Source: Rotaria sordida (Eukaryota). Taken from it: DNA of 64,000 nucleotides. Below are positions 11,697 to 23,656 of this stretch, piece by piece; positions within the stretch are counted from its first letter, which is position 1, and every line of letters begins with the position of its first letter. The position numbers and the translations under genes are program-made. The stretch is from positions 1-64,000 of the forward strand of contig CAJNOH010000220.1 in the NCBI GenBank assembly GCA_905250005.1, written 5' to 3'. The notes beneath the pieces were generated by a model. It worked only from the letters and a program-made list of their open reading frames with translations, did no database searches and was not told the DNA's origin.

Positions 11697-14298
11697 TTAA
11701 TTAAAGAAAAAAATCACCATTAAATCGAGATAACATGCAATTTTATTTACTGCGCAAAAAAAAAAAGAAATTATTATTTGAATAAGAAAGACTCGAAAAA
11801 ATGGTAGAATATTTGAAAATTATTAGTTCGATGTTCATGATTACACGAAAATAATCATTATTTTGCATTCGTCGATTTGAAACAGAGATTTTTAAAATTT
11901 TGCAAGTAGAATTAAGCTATTTGTTTATTCTTGTTTTGTGATAACAACATTCGTATATGCTTAGATTACAAAGGGCATGTAAATTCATCATATACTTTAA
12001 ATAAATGAGACAGTTCTACGATCATGTTTCAATAACAAATGAGAATTTAAATTAAAGAGAGAAAGTACAATTTTGGAACCCTCAGTACATTTTTGGCATG
12101 TTTTGGTATTGAAGATGCTGATATATATTTGGAATTAGACCGAAATTAAGGTCATAGCTATGCGTGAGAGTCATACTAAAGGATGATCCAAAAGTTTCAA
12201 TCCTTTCTGTACATTGACGTTATTTATACAAATACATATGTAGGTAGTTGGCTGAAATACATAGTTTTGTAGAAATAAATTAAAGCTATTGTTCGAAAAG
12301 AAAATAATTCGAATTCCATCGAGATCAGGAAAAGTTATGGGTCTCTTTATTAAAAATGACTAAGCATTTTACATCTTGCATTTTTCAGCAACAAAAGTTC
12401 GACAAGCTCTACACGAATATGAACATCAAAAGAAAAAACTTCTGATTCTGTTTTCAACACAAAACATAGAGAAAGCTATGCAAACTAATAAAAATCTCAC
12501 ATGCATTGCACGAGATAGTATGCTTAACTTTCAAAATAACTTTAGTTGATCGACTGATAATTGATGGTTTGAAATGTAGTAGCACATACTGAAGCTAAAA
12601 ATAACCTTTCCGAACTGCATTAACAGACAAAACAATAGATCAACAAAAATTATTAAAAGTTCAGCTTACTCTCTCTAATATATAAAAATCTCTAGAAAGT
12701 AATATTTCGCTACAGACGTTACAAGCATATTTTATTTTTGCGAAAAATGTAAGATGTATAATGTTTACTCATGATCAATAAAGTAACTATAACTTTTCAT
12801 GATGTCAATACAATTCGAACTAATATTTTCTTTGGAGATTATATTTTTAATCTTTCTCTACAAAACTATGTATTTCATTCAACTATCTGAATATACGTGT
12901 ATTCATATAGATTACATTAATTTATGGACAGAAGTCGAAACTTTTGAACTATACTGTATTTATGAAAAGTAAGTATTTTATCATTTTGAAACTAATGTTA
13001 TAACCATTATCCTGGATTAGAAGGTGCAGGATACGCTATCTTGACAACCTGCAATATGTCCTGTTTGGTACTAGAGAAAGATCCACAATTTTTGTACTAG
13101 TTTTTTTTAATGTAATTTCATTTAATTGGTTTCAATCATAAACCAAACAAAAAACAACGCTACATATCTCAAAAATTTCTAATCATCAAAATATCTAGAT
13201 TTATTTACTGTCTTCTTTTTTTTCAAAATTCGATCTGATGAACTGAAAACATATTCCGATGTAGTTGAACTTGGAAGGACTCCAAAAAAAAAATTATTCC
13301 TATAGATCAACCGATACTTATCTAATCTTAAACGTATTATTTATAGTCAAATCTTTTCATTCCTTATGTTGTTATGCAATTTCATCACTTGCTCTTCCCT
13401 AAGATTCGCTAATGTCAATTATGAATACCTTTCGACGATTTTGCTGGTAAAGCAAGTTGTGGAAATATTAAAGAATGCTTGTTTCACTATCGTAACAAGG
13501 TATCATCTTTTGAAAATAAAAGTTTGCTGTTAATAGAACGATCAATTTCATCAAAATTATAATCATAATTTTCTTTTACATCTCCTGCAAATCTTTGTAT
13601 AGCATCATTTTGCATGACTAAATCGTTTTTCTTCTTTATCGGCAATGTTAAAACTTTGCTGTAGATATTACAGATGAATGGCCTTGTTAAATATCAATTG
13701 TTTCAATTATTTTTCGAAGAATAAAATAAAAACTCAAAATTAAAAAATCAAATGTACATTTGAGAGCTATACGTATAAAGAATAGATTAGCAGCATATTT
13801 GTTTCTGTTGAATAGTTTTGACGACTAATCTAATTTAATTATCAATTCACTTTCATTTCTATCTTTTTTTCTTACTGTATAATTCTAGAAAAGCTTTCAA
13901 CAGTATCTAATATGCAAAATTAGTTGCAGGTTGACAGATTACGACGCTCGTAGCCTGCAATCTGCCTCTACCCTGTGCTAACAGGACAGAGCAAATTATC
14001 TACATCCTGCAAGACTCTATCCTGGATACACAGATATCTATGACGATGCCAGCGACGCGGTAGTCTTGATTCCTTTAGGATCGCGACAGATTCTCAGCCG
14101 CGATGGACATCTCTATCTGAATAACGTGCAATTTAGATAATAAGTGTATGTGTGTGTGTGTTTTTTTTTAATCTTTGTTATTGAAAATAAAATAATTTTA
14201 TAATGATACAATAGTAGAAAGTGTAATTAGTTTTTATAAGTATACTAAAAATATGAAAAAATAACTAATAAAATGGATGAGAGGATATATGATCACAG

Positions 14299-17200
14299 TT
14301 AAGACGAATACCACTGTACTAAATATAGGTTTCCTAATGTATCACCAGCTACAACACCAAATATTCCATTATTATTTTGTTTCCATGTACGCATTTTTGT
14401 AATTGGTGCTGGTACAGGATATTGTCCAAGAATATCGTCAATTTCCTCATCTTCTTGTTCATCATTATCATTTATTTTCATATGTTTTGAATGATCATTT
14501 CTATATTGTACTCGTATGACATTATCGAAACCACTTGTAAATATAAATTCATTATTAATTGAACATAATGCTGTAATTGATCGTTGTTTTGATGATATTT
14601 GATTTTTATTCCATGTTTTTATATCACTAAATAAATTTGATGTTGAATACATATTTCCTGTTGTTGTACCTAAATAGAATACTTGATTATTATCAAGATT
14701 TTCTATTGATGTTATCCATTCAGATGGAATTGATATTCGATATTCTATTTTTGATGAATATGATGCATATAATTTACTATCTGTTGAATCAATTAATGAT
14801 AAATCATATGAACATAATTCATTACTTGTTGAACCAATTGTTAAAATACAATGTTTATGTTCATTTAATGTTAATAATGATGATAATGGCCATTGACATG
14901 TTTGTGTTTTATATGTTTTTAAGCGTTCAAGTGAAGATGATGAATAAAGATAGAATGTAAGTGAATCAAAAGATTGATTTTCACCAACAACAAAATATGG
15001 CATATCATATTGACCAGAAATAAATGAAACAGGTCCATTTGTTGTTGTATCAGTTCTTAAACGTTTTATTGAACATTTTTCTTCATTTTGATTATTGATG
15101 ACTGTCCAAATTTTAATTTTTTTATCAACAGAACCAGTTACAAGAATATGATGTTGAGCATCTGAACGAATCAAAGCCATACCAAGAATTGTTTCATCAT
15201 GTGCTTTAATTGATTGTATAATACGAAATGGTTTTTTAGACATTTCATTTTTCATCATATCTGTATCCATTTCATAATCATCATTTTTTAATGATGATGA
15301 TGATAATAATGACCAAATGAATAGATATGCATCACGTGAAACAGTAAAAACAAGAGAATTATCACGAGAAACACTAATCGATGTAACTTCATCTAAATGA
15401 CTAACAGGTTGAGGAACTTGTGGAGTCATTGCTGATGTTGTTGAATCATTATTTATAAATATACTCGTTGGAATTTGCCATGAACGAAGTGTTTTATCAA
15501 GTGATGATGTTACAATTGATTCATTACTAAGTACAATATCATTTAATGGTTGTGCATGTGCATCATAAACACAACGTTGTTCAGGATCAGTTGGACGCCA
15601 TACACGTATTGAACCATCTTCAGATGCACTAACAACAAGCATTGTATCAACTGTATGTGTTGTACGTGAAAGTTCTTTTTCTTGTTCTTCAACCATATTC
15701 GCCCATTTAGAACCTGAATCGGTTTCATATTTCATACTGACACCTTTTAATTTAATCCATAAATCACATGAAGTTATTTTGTCTGTATGACCACGTAAGC
15801 ATGTAACTTCAGTACCTTTATGAGACCATACTCGAATTGTATTATCTAATGAACCAGAAATAACACATCCATATGAAAAACAAACTGTATTAACAGAGCC
15901 TTGATGACCACGAAGTGTTACACGTGCTTCTTCAACATTAGCTGAAACAATATCCATAGAATTATCATCAGTTTTTGTTGTTTTTGGTATTGTATTCCAA
16001 ATTTTTAATGTATTATCATTTGATGCAGTTACAAGTAAACCATTAGTTGTATTTGATAAAGCAATATCATTTATCCAATCAGCATGACAATGAGCAAGTG
16101 TATTTGATAGTGTTACAACAGATTTTGATGAATATTGATGTATATTCCATATATGTACTTGACCATCACGACTAGCTGATATTAATTGATGTGTTTCATT
16201 ATTAAATGTTAAACCAGTTATTGGTGTACGATGTTCAGTTAAAATTTCATTTGGTTCATATGTTGAACGTTCAAAATATTTTGATAGCATATAAACACAT
16301 ATTGTTGCATCTTCAGATCCTGTTGCAATCATATTCAATTTACTCATAGCACATGATAGAACAGCTGCTGTATGACCTTTAAGTATTGATGTTTGAATAC
16401 GAATATCAGTTCTTTTACCTAAATCTTTTAAATCATATATACGAGAATTATGATCACCCGATGCTGATATTAAAATATTTCCAGATGCAGGTGAAAATCT
16501 AAGACGATTAATACGACCTTTGTGATAATGAAATTCTTGTTCAGCAGTACCATTTTGTATATCAAATATACGTATAGAACCTGAATGATATCCAGCTATA
16601 ATAAATTCACCTTCTGGATGAATTATAATACTCGATACTGAACCCCATGTTTCATTACCAATTATCATTTGACATTGACCTATTGTTGATGAAAATACAC
16701 GAACACGACCATCATTACCAGCTGATGCTAATGTTGATCCATTTGGTGAAAAATAAATTGAACTTATACGAGCTGATATAAGACCAACTTGACTACCACT
16801 TAATGAATTCCATAAACGACATTCACCATCAATTGAACATGATGCTATATAACGACCATCAGCTGAATAAGCAACAGCTTTTATTGAACTTAAATGTCCA
16901 CGCATAACTGATTTACGTTGTCCACTTGTTACATTCCATTGTCGAACAATACTATCCCAACAACCAGTTACTAACATAAAACCATCAGGATGAAATGCAA
17001 CACTTGATACTGGTTTTGGATGTAAACGTATTTCTGTATCGTACCGACCTTTTTGTATATCCCATATACGTACAAATGAATCCCATGAAACAGATGCAAA
17101 TTGTGTACCACGTTGATTTGAACATAATTCTGAAACTCTTTTATCATGTTTAGGTGAAAGTATATGTAAACGATGACCATTTGCTACATCCCAAACTGAT

Positions 17201-17360
17201 AAACCACCATCATTACTACCACTCGCTAAACGATCATTACCAACAAAACATAAAGCAGATATTGGTGCAGCATGACCAACAAATAATTTTAATAAACGAG
17301 ATGTTGATGTATTATATAGACGAATTAAACAATCAGCAGAACCAGCAGCTAGATAAACAC
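14299..17360 (-). CDS. TEP1: TEP1-like terminal exon (WD40 beta-propeller region)
   Basis: Acceptor tgtttgtttag|GTG at 17361/17360, giving a 73-bp intron 17361..17433. Frame continues [32 protein letters not shown]...[17 protein letters not shown] into the 892-aa ORF 14299..16977. Confidence 0.8.
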
Positions 17361-20300
17361 CTAAACAAACAAAAAAAATATTTAAAATTGATTATTTTGT
17401 TTCGAATTCTTATTTTATTATTTTTAAACTTACCTGATGGTGATATTGCTAAACATCGAATAGGTTCTGTAAAACCTTCAATTGAATATTTCATTTGTTC
17501 CATATTATCTGGTTTATTAATACGAACAAAAGCTGTAATTTGATCATTATTATTAATTGAATTTTTTTGATAATCAGAAAGTATTCGTTGTATATTATCA
17601 AAAACAGGACTTGTTTCTAATTCATTTAATGCTTGTTGATAAATTAATGATGGATTAACAGTTAAAATATGACTATTTCGTTGTATAAATGAACGATATT
17701 GTTGAAGATATACTTCATTAATTTGTCGTTCTTTTGTAGTTATTATTGATGATGATACTGGTTTTGTTTTCATAATTGAAGAAATTTGTGTATTAGTTGA
17801 TGAAGATTTAATTAATTCATAATCATCAATTAATGATTGAATAAGACCAACACGACATTTACCAGCAATAAATTTAAGATTAGTTAATATTGTATTAAAT
17901 AATTTATATTCTTCAGCAACATATAAATAATAAGGTAAATGTTCAAATGCGTTCATATTCATTGATGTCCAATGTGGTCCTGTTGCTTCACACCAATAAT
18001 AAAAAGCAAGAAGTTTATATAAATTAATTTGTTGTTCATTTGAATGTATATAACGTGTTTTAACTATTTGACGAATTTCATTTGATGCTATTGAAATTGT
18101 TTGTGGTCCATCATATAATTGAGGTTTTAATAAAATATGACAATTATAAATAAAATCTGCTAATTGTAAAGGTGTTGTTGTTATTGGATAAGTATAATTT
18201 TCTGGTGGAGGTAAAGTTTTTATTGAACCAAAAGATATATTTAATAAATCACGTAATTCTTGTTCAGTTAAATCTTGTCGTGCTGAATAAATTAAACCAA
18301 ATACTGTAGCAACATATGTTTCACCAAATAATGTATCTAAACGTTTAAATATTTCAAGTAAAAATAAATATTGTCTTTGTGGAATAGATTTTAATTTATC
18401 TGTTATTTTCTTTTCATAATCAGTCATTAATAATAATTCTTCACATATTAATGTTAAATATGATGGTTTAAATGAATCACGTTTACTTGTTATAAATTTC
18501 ATTTGTGATGAAAATGCTTGTTCATCTAATTTTTTACCAAAACGATCAAGATGTTTACGAACAATTTCACTACGTTCAAGTAATTCAAGATTTGATATAT
18601 TAATTGTTAATAAATTAGAAAATTTTTTACATGCTTGTTCAACAACACTATCTTCAGTAGCACTAATAATAAATGTTATTTTCTCAAAATTAAAATCTTT
18701 TGGAATAAAATTTAATGTATGAACTAATGTATCATTATCAAGTAATTCAATACCATCAATACAAATAACAATATTTGAAGGATTTTTTATCATACGAAAG
18801 AAATCGGATAAAATTTTACATAAATCTGTATATGAACTTGTACGAATTTTATCAATTGGAAATTGTTTTACTAATTCTGGCTGATCATTTATCATTTGAC
18901 AAAGTAAACGACGAAGCATTGCAAGACTATTTAATGATGCACGTGTAATACCAACATAATGTTCATATAATTTAACATTTAAATCGACTTTTGATAAAAT
19001 ATTATTAGCAATAGCTGCAGTAGTTGCTGTTTTTCCTGAACCTTGTTGTCCTGTAATAAGAATAATCGATGATTTTCCAATAGATTTAATTGTATCATAA
19101 AGAATTTTATTTCGACTAACAAAATGTTCCATAAATGAAATACGATATTGTCGATGTTGATTATCTTCGATTTCATTATCATCTAAAAGAACATATTCAG
19201 GTTTATATTCTTCTTGTAATGATGTCCATAAATTATCAATAACACGTTGTGCAAATTGTTCAAGATCAGTAACAAGTGGTCGATCATTTGATATACCTTG
19301 CCATGAACATGGATAACCATCAAATGTTTCAAAACCACTTGAACGTATACGTTGTTTTAAATTATTTATTTTTATTTGTGAATTATCATCTTCAGAAATA
19401 AAATCATCAGACCATGGTTTAGGAATATTTGAAAGAAATTTTGGATCACGAAGATAAAAAAATGCTCGATTTTGTTTTATTGATGATGATGATGAATTAA
19501 GTGCTCCAGCTTGCATTTCTAAATCTGTTATACCAGAACCAATTGGTAGTTTATTTAACCATGTAAATCGTGGATCATCTTTTGGTACATCATATGTTTT
19601 TGGTATAAAACCATAACGTTCACCAACTAAACCAATAAAATAATCACTACGATATACTTCATTAAGACATAAGAAAACAGATTGTTTTGTTTGACTTTCT
19701 GCAACACCCCATCGAAGATCTATTTGATAAAGATTAACAAAAAGACTTTTTGCTCGTTGACGTAATTCAGGAAAAACATAACGTGTTAGAAGATCACGTT
19801 CAGCATGCATATCTTTAAATGTTGATGATATAAATACACGTACTGTTCGCCAACGTGGTACTAATGTAGTCATTGGTAAGTTTGTAGACAATTTTGATTG
19901 TTCTTCATTTGATGAATCTGTTATTGATTGTGAATCGTTTTTTGATTCAGTTTTTTGATTAAGATTATGTGCATTATCAATATTTTCAACATGTAATAAT
20001 TGTCCATCATTACCACGTTCAGCAATAAATTTTAAAATTGAATCAGAAAAACCACTTAAAAATATATCATTTCGATTATTAAATCGATCTGATTTTGTTA
20101 ATGAACATTGAGCTATACTTAAATCAATACTGACAAACATAAGTTCAGGATTGACTAAATAACGATAAAGTGAAAGAAATCGATAAACAAAATCTGATTC
20201 AGCTGTATCAGCTTTTAATCCATCTGAAACAATAATACTAAAAAAACAAGAAGATAAATTAAATTTATTTTTGTTGATTCTTTTTCATTACTTACATATT

Positions 20301-23008
20301 ATCAAACCATTGTTTTTCAGCAATCATATTTGTAAGAAATGTTGGTGGTATACAAACATCTGATGATGATGATGATGCTGTAAGTTGATCATTTGATAAA
20401 ATTTTTGTCATTTGATTAAGTATTGTTTCTTGTGGTGTTTGTTCAATTTCAGTAAAACTATCTTTTGTTTTATAAATAATTAATTGACTTGATTCACATG
20501 CTGATTTACACATTAAACCCATTAAAAGACCTATTTCAGCACGTGTTCGTGGTTTACCTAAACCTTTAGCTGCTTGACATGGTTGAGACATTGCTTGACT
20601 TAAATTACAAAAAACAAATGTTCGACCAGGTATTGGTTGACAATTATGTTGAGTTGCTATTTTAACTGAACAATCAAGTGCTTTTCTATAACGTTGTAAA
20701 AGTGCAAGATCATATTGGATTTCTTTTGAACCAAGTTTTTTAGCTTTTTCTAATGGAGTTAAAGCAGTCTTTTTGCCTTTTTCTTTTCGTGTTATTCGTC
20801 GACTTTTAACATCTGGTACACTAGCTATTGTTTCTTTAGCTGCACACCATTTATTAAATTCTTCTTCAAGTTCATCCAATATTTGATATGCAGAAAAGAA
20901 ACGAAATGGAAATTGACGACTATATATAACTGCACCATCATCTTGAAGTTTTTTTAATACCCATTGATGATGTTTCTCAGAAATACCTAAAAAAAAATAA
21001 AAGATTAAAATAGAGATTATTTGTTTCTTTTTTATTATAATTTATAGAAAACTACGAAAATCATATTCGATGAATTCCATCAGTTTTCTCAATACATACC
21101 AGCTTTAATCATATTTCGTAAATTTCTTAACATAGCCATAAATGGAAGTTTTTTATTATCGATCAATTGTTGCCAAACTGCAGCTTTGTTTCCTTTCAGA
21201 CTAATTTGTGTTTCCCATCTATATTTAAAAGAAAAATATTTGTGAAATGAAAAATTGAAATAAAGAAAACTAATTTTACTCACGTTTCTGGTGTTGGTAA
21301 TTTCATACGTTTATTTGCACGTTCTGGTTCGAATACACCAGGTAAACGTGATTGATAAAAAAGTTCGGATGTTTCAGGATATCGTTTACCTAATAGACAC
21401 CAAACATGTTCAACAGGTTCACTAATATGTAATTGACGAATTAATCGTTTTAATGTGAATGCCATTCGTCGTGTTTCACGTTCTTCTTCAGTAATTTGTG
21501 CCATAGGTTTTCCTGTTGCTCTATCTGATTTTTGATCTACTGATGCAACACTCACATTCGAATCGGTTGAAGATCCTCGACTTGTTCTCCTTCCACCGCG
21601 CATGGATCGAGAACCTCGAGCACCAGCTCTCGAATACGAACCACCTCTTCCTCGAGTTCCCCTAGTTGTTGTTGCAGGTTGTGCTGTATTAGCCTTTTTT
21701 GCTTTTTTCAAACGAGCTTTTTCTTTATTATATTTTGCAAGTTGATATTTATCAAAATCAGGAAATTTTTTTACCATAACACGACGTAATGCAGATGGTA
21801 ATGAACCAAAATGAATACGTTTATCAAAAAATGTTTGATAAAGTTCAGCTATTTCAATCCAATCTGATGGTAAATTAACAGTTATTTGAAAATATTTCTT
21901 TAAAAATATACGACATGGTTCGGTATACGCAGCATATGCAAGTAGAAAATTTGCTGTTATACGAATATTTAAATGATTTCGTGTATAAAGAGCAGCCTAA
22001 AATTTAAAAAAACAAAAAATTATTTTCGATAAATAAAACATTTCTGGTTGTATTTTAATTTACTTTAAGAATAAATTCTGGATCTTGTTCAGTTACTAAA
22101 TTAGCAAGACGAATAAGTTCATTTCGTTTTGAATCTGTTTGTTTTCTTAGATCTGGTTGACTTAATAATGAATCAGCCAATGAATTCAGAAAACTTTTCT
22201 ATAAAAAAATAATGGATATAAATTTTTTTCTAGAAGAAAAAACCAATCAATATCAAACCTTAATTGATTTAATGCCAACATTGAAATCATCATCATTTAC
22301 ATTTTGACTTTCAAGTTTAGCATAGATTGAAGAAAATGGATCAATACGAGGACGTTTTGGTGGTGGAACATGACAATGTAAATCAATACCAAGACGAATT
22401 GGTTCTGGTTGAATATTTTCAGCATTATATTTGCGTTCATTATTATCCGAGAGTGAAACAGGTGTACTTGTTTTTGTTGTTATCAATGTAGATTTATTTA
22501 AAATTTCTGGAGTTAATGATTGCTTTATGAGTGTTGATTCTGAAGGTTCGGCTTTACGTTTTCGACTTAAACTTGTTTCACTTGTTAACAAAGATGAATT
22601 ATTTAAATTCGATGATGAAAGCAATGTATTATTAGTAGATAATTTCACGGTGGAGAGAAATGATGATGATGTAGGAGCAGTATTTAATATAGTTGATGAA
22701 GATAATTTAGGAGGAGTACTTAATAGAATTGATGAAGATGATGGTTTAGATGAAGTATTTAATAGAGTTGATGACGATGATGGCTTATGCAGAGTACTCA
22801 ATAAATTTGATGATGAAAGAAGACTCGATGGTTTGCTTGTACTTGTTTCTGATAAAAGTGAACTTGTTGTGTTAATTGTTGATGATGATAAAAGATTCGA
22901 GCCTTTAAGTAATGAACTATTGCTAAGCGTAGAATTTTTTGTCGACAAGAGTGAATTTGTTGTAGACAATAATGAGGATGCCGTTGATGGCTTTTTTGAA
23001 TCAGCCAT
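14299..23008 (-). CDS. TEP1: Telomerase/vault-associated protein 1 (TEP1)-like gene with TROVE + DUF4062 + NACHT + WD40 architecture; 7 coding exons at 22259..23008, 22064..22198, 21284..21996, 21100..21218, 20296..20986, 17434..20237 and 14299..17360
   Basis: Exon 1 (ATG at 23008) is Ser/Leu-rich with SSLLS/STLLN repeats, like TEP1 N-terminal repeats. Exons 2-5 encode TROVE-like sequence: [20 protein letters not shown]..., [24 protein letters not shown]..., [25 protein letters not shown]..., [11 protein letters not shown]. Exon 6 carries [27 protein letters not shown] (DUF4062 signature, as in NWD1 and TEP1) and the NACHT P-loop [15 protein letters not shown]. Exon 7 is about 1000 aa of WD40 repeats (WD/WN dipeptides every 40-45 aa) ending at the TAG at 14299. 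Donors GTAAGT/GTATGT/GTGAGT/GTAAAT/GTTTGA, acceptors TTTAG/ATAG; introns 58-113 bp; phases 0,0,2,1,2,1 are consistent. Confidence 0.85.
17434..20237 (-). CDS. TEP1: TEP1-like exon 6 (DUF4062 + NACHT NTPase domain)
   Basis: Acceptor ...gtttttttag|T at 20238/20237; donor SPSG|gtaagt at 17434/17433. Walker A is [11 protein letters not shown]-track protein 17333..20140 is continuous across this span. Confidence 0.8.
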
Positions 23009-23656
23009 TTTCTTTTGCTCACTATTGAGAATAATATCAGGCGTTTAAAAACAAAATGAAAGGAAAAAATAAGATGACCCGAGTATTTAAAGGTAATGAC
23101 TAAAACAACAGCAGATTGTGAAAGAAATAACGTTGCACAAGCTACGAGAAAGAAAGACAAACAAATGTCAGATAGAGTCAGCTGATTCACTTTTATAAAA
23201 AAAACCAAATTGACAGTTGATGGTGTAAGAACAACATGGGTATGTGCAATATTTTCTTTTTCTTTCATGTTATTGCAACAGCAGGTATAAGTCATGTCCA
23301 GGGTAGGCAATCAAAAGCAAAAACAAAGCCGATTGCATCGTAAAAAAAATAAAATTAAAATAATCACGCCATCTATGTCAATAAAATTTATTTGAAATAA
23401 TTTTTTATACAAAAAAAAAGAAAAGAAAAAAAGAAATGAGTATTCGAAAAATACAAAAATTCAATTGAATAATTAAAGAAAGTAATCCATTGATATTGAG
23501 GATATTTACTTAGCGACATGGATAATGTGGTGCCTTGTTCTGCTCATCCAGTCAGCGATAACCGCAAACGAAACTGTTATACAGCATCATATCTTAATTT
23601 CTTCTAGAGTAAAGAAAATGTTCTTCAATTATTAGTAATTCTTTAAAAAGTAAATT
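23009..23656. promoter_or_regulatory. Putative bidirectional promoter region between the head-to-head TEP1-like (-) and CEP78 (+) genes
   Basis: Only 648 bp separate the two divergently oriented start codons (23008 and 23657). Contains A/T-rich TATA-like elements, e.g. gagtatttaaagg at about 23080. No direct evidence of transcription start sites. Confidence 0.35.

Noticed and set aside
14637-14960. 107-aa plus-strand ORF inside the WD40 exon
   Set aside because: Antisense to a strongly supported coding exon. Met, Ile and Leu-rich junk typical of AT-rich antisense frames.
22431-23048. 205-aa plus-strand ORF overlapping TEP1-like exon 1
   Set aside because: It is the antisense strand of the Ser/Leu-rich repeat exon. 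It stays open only because of the low-complexity composition; the minus-strand frame is the conserved one.
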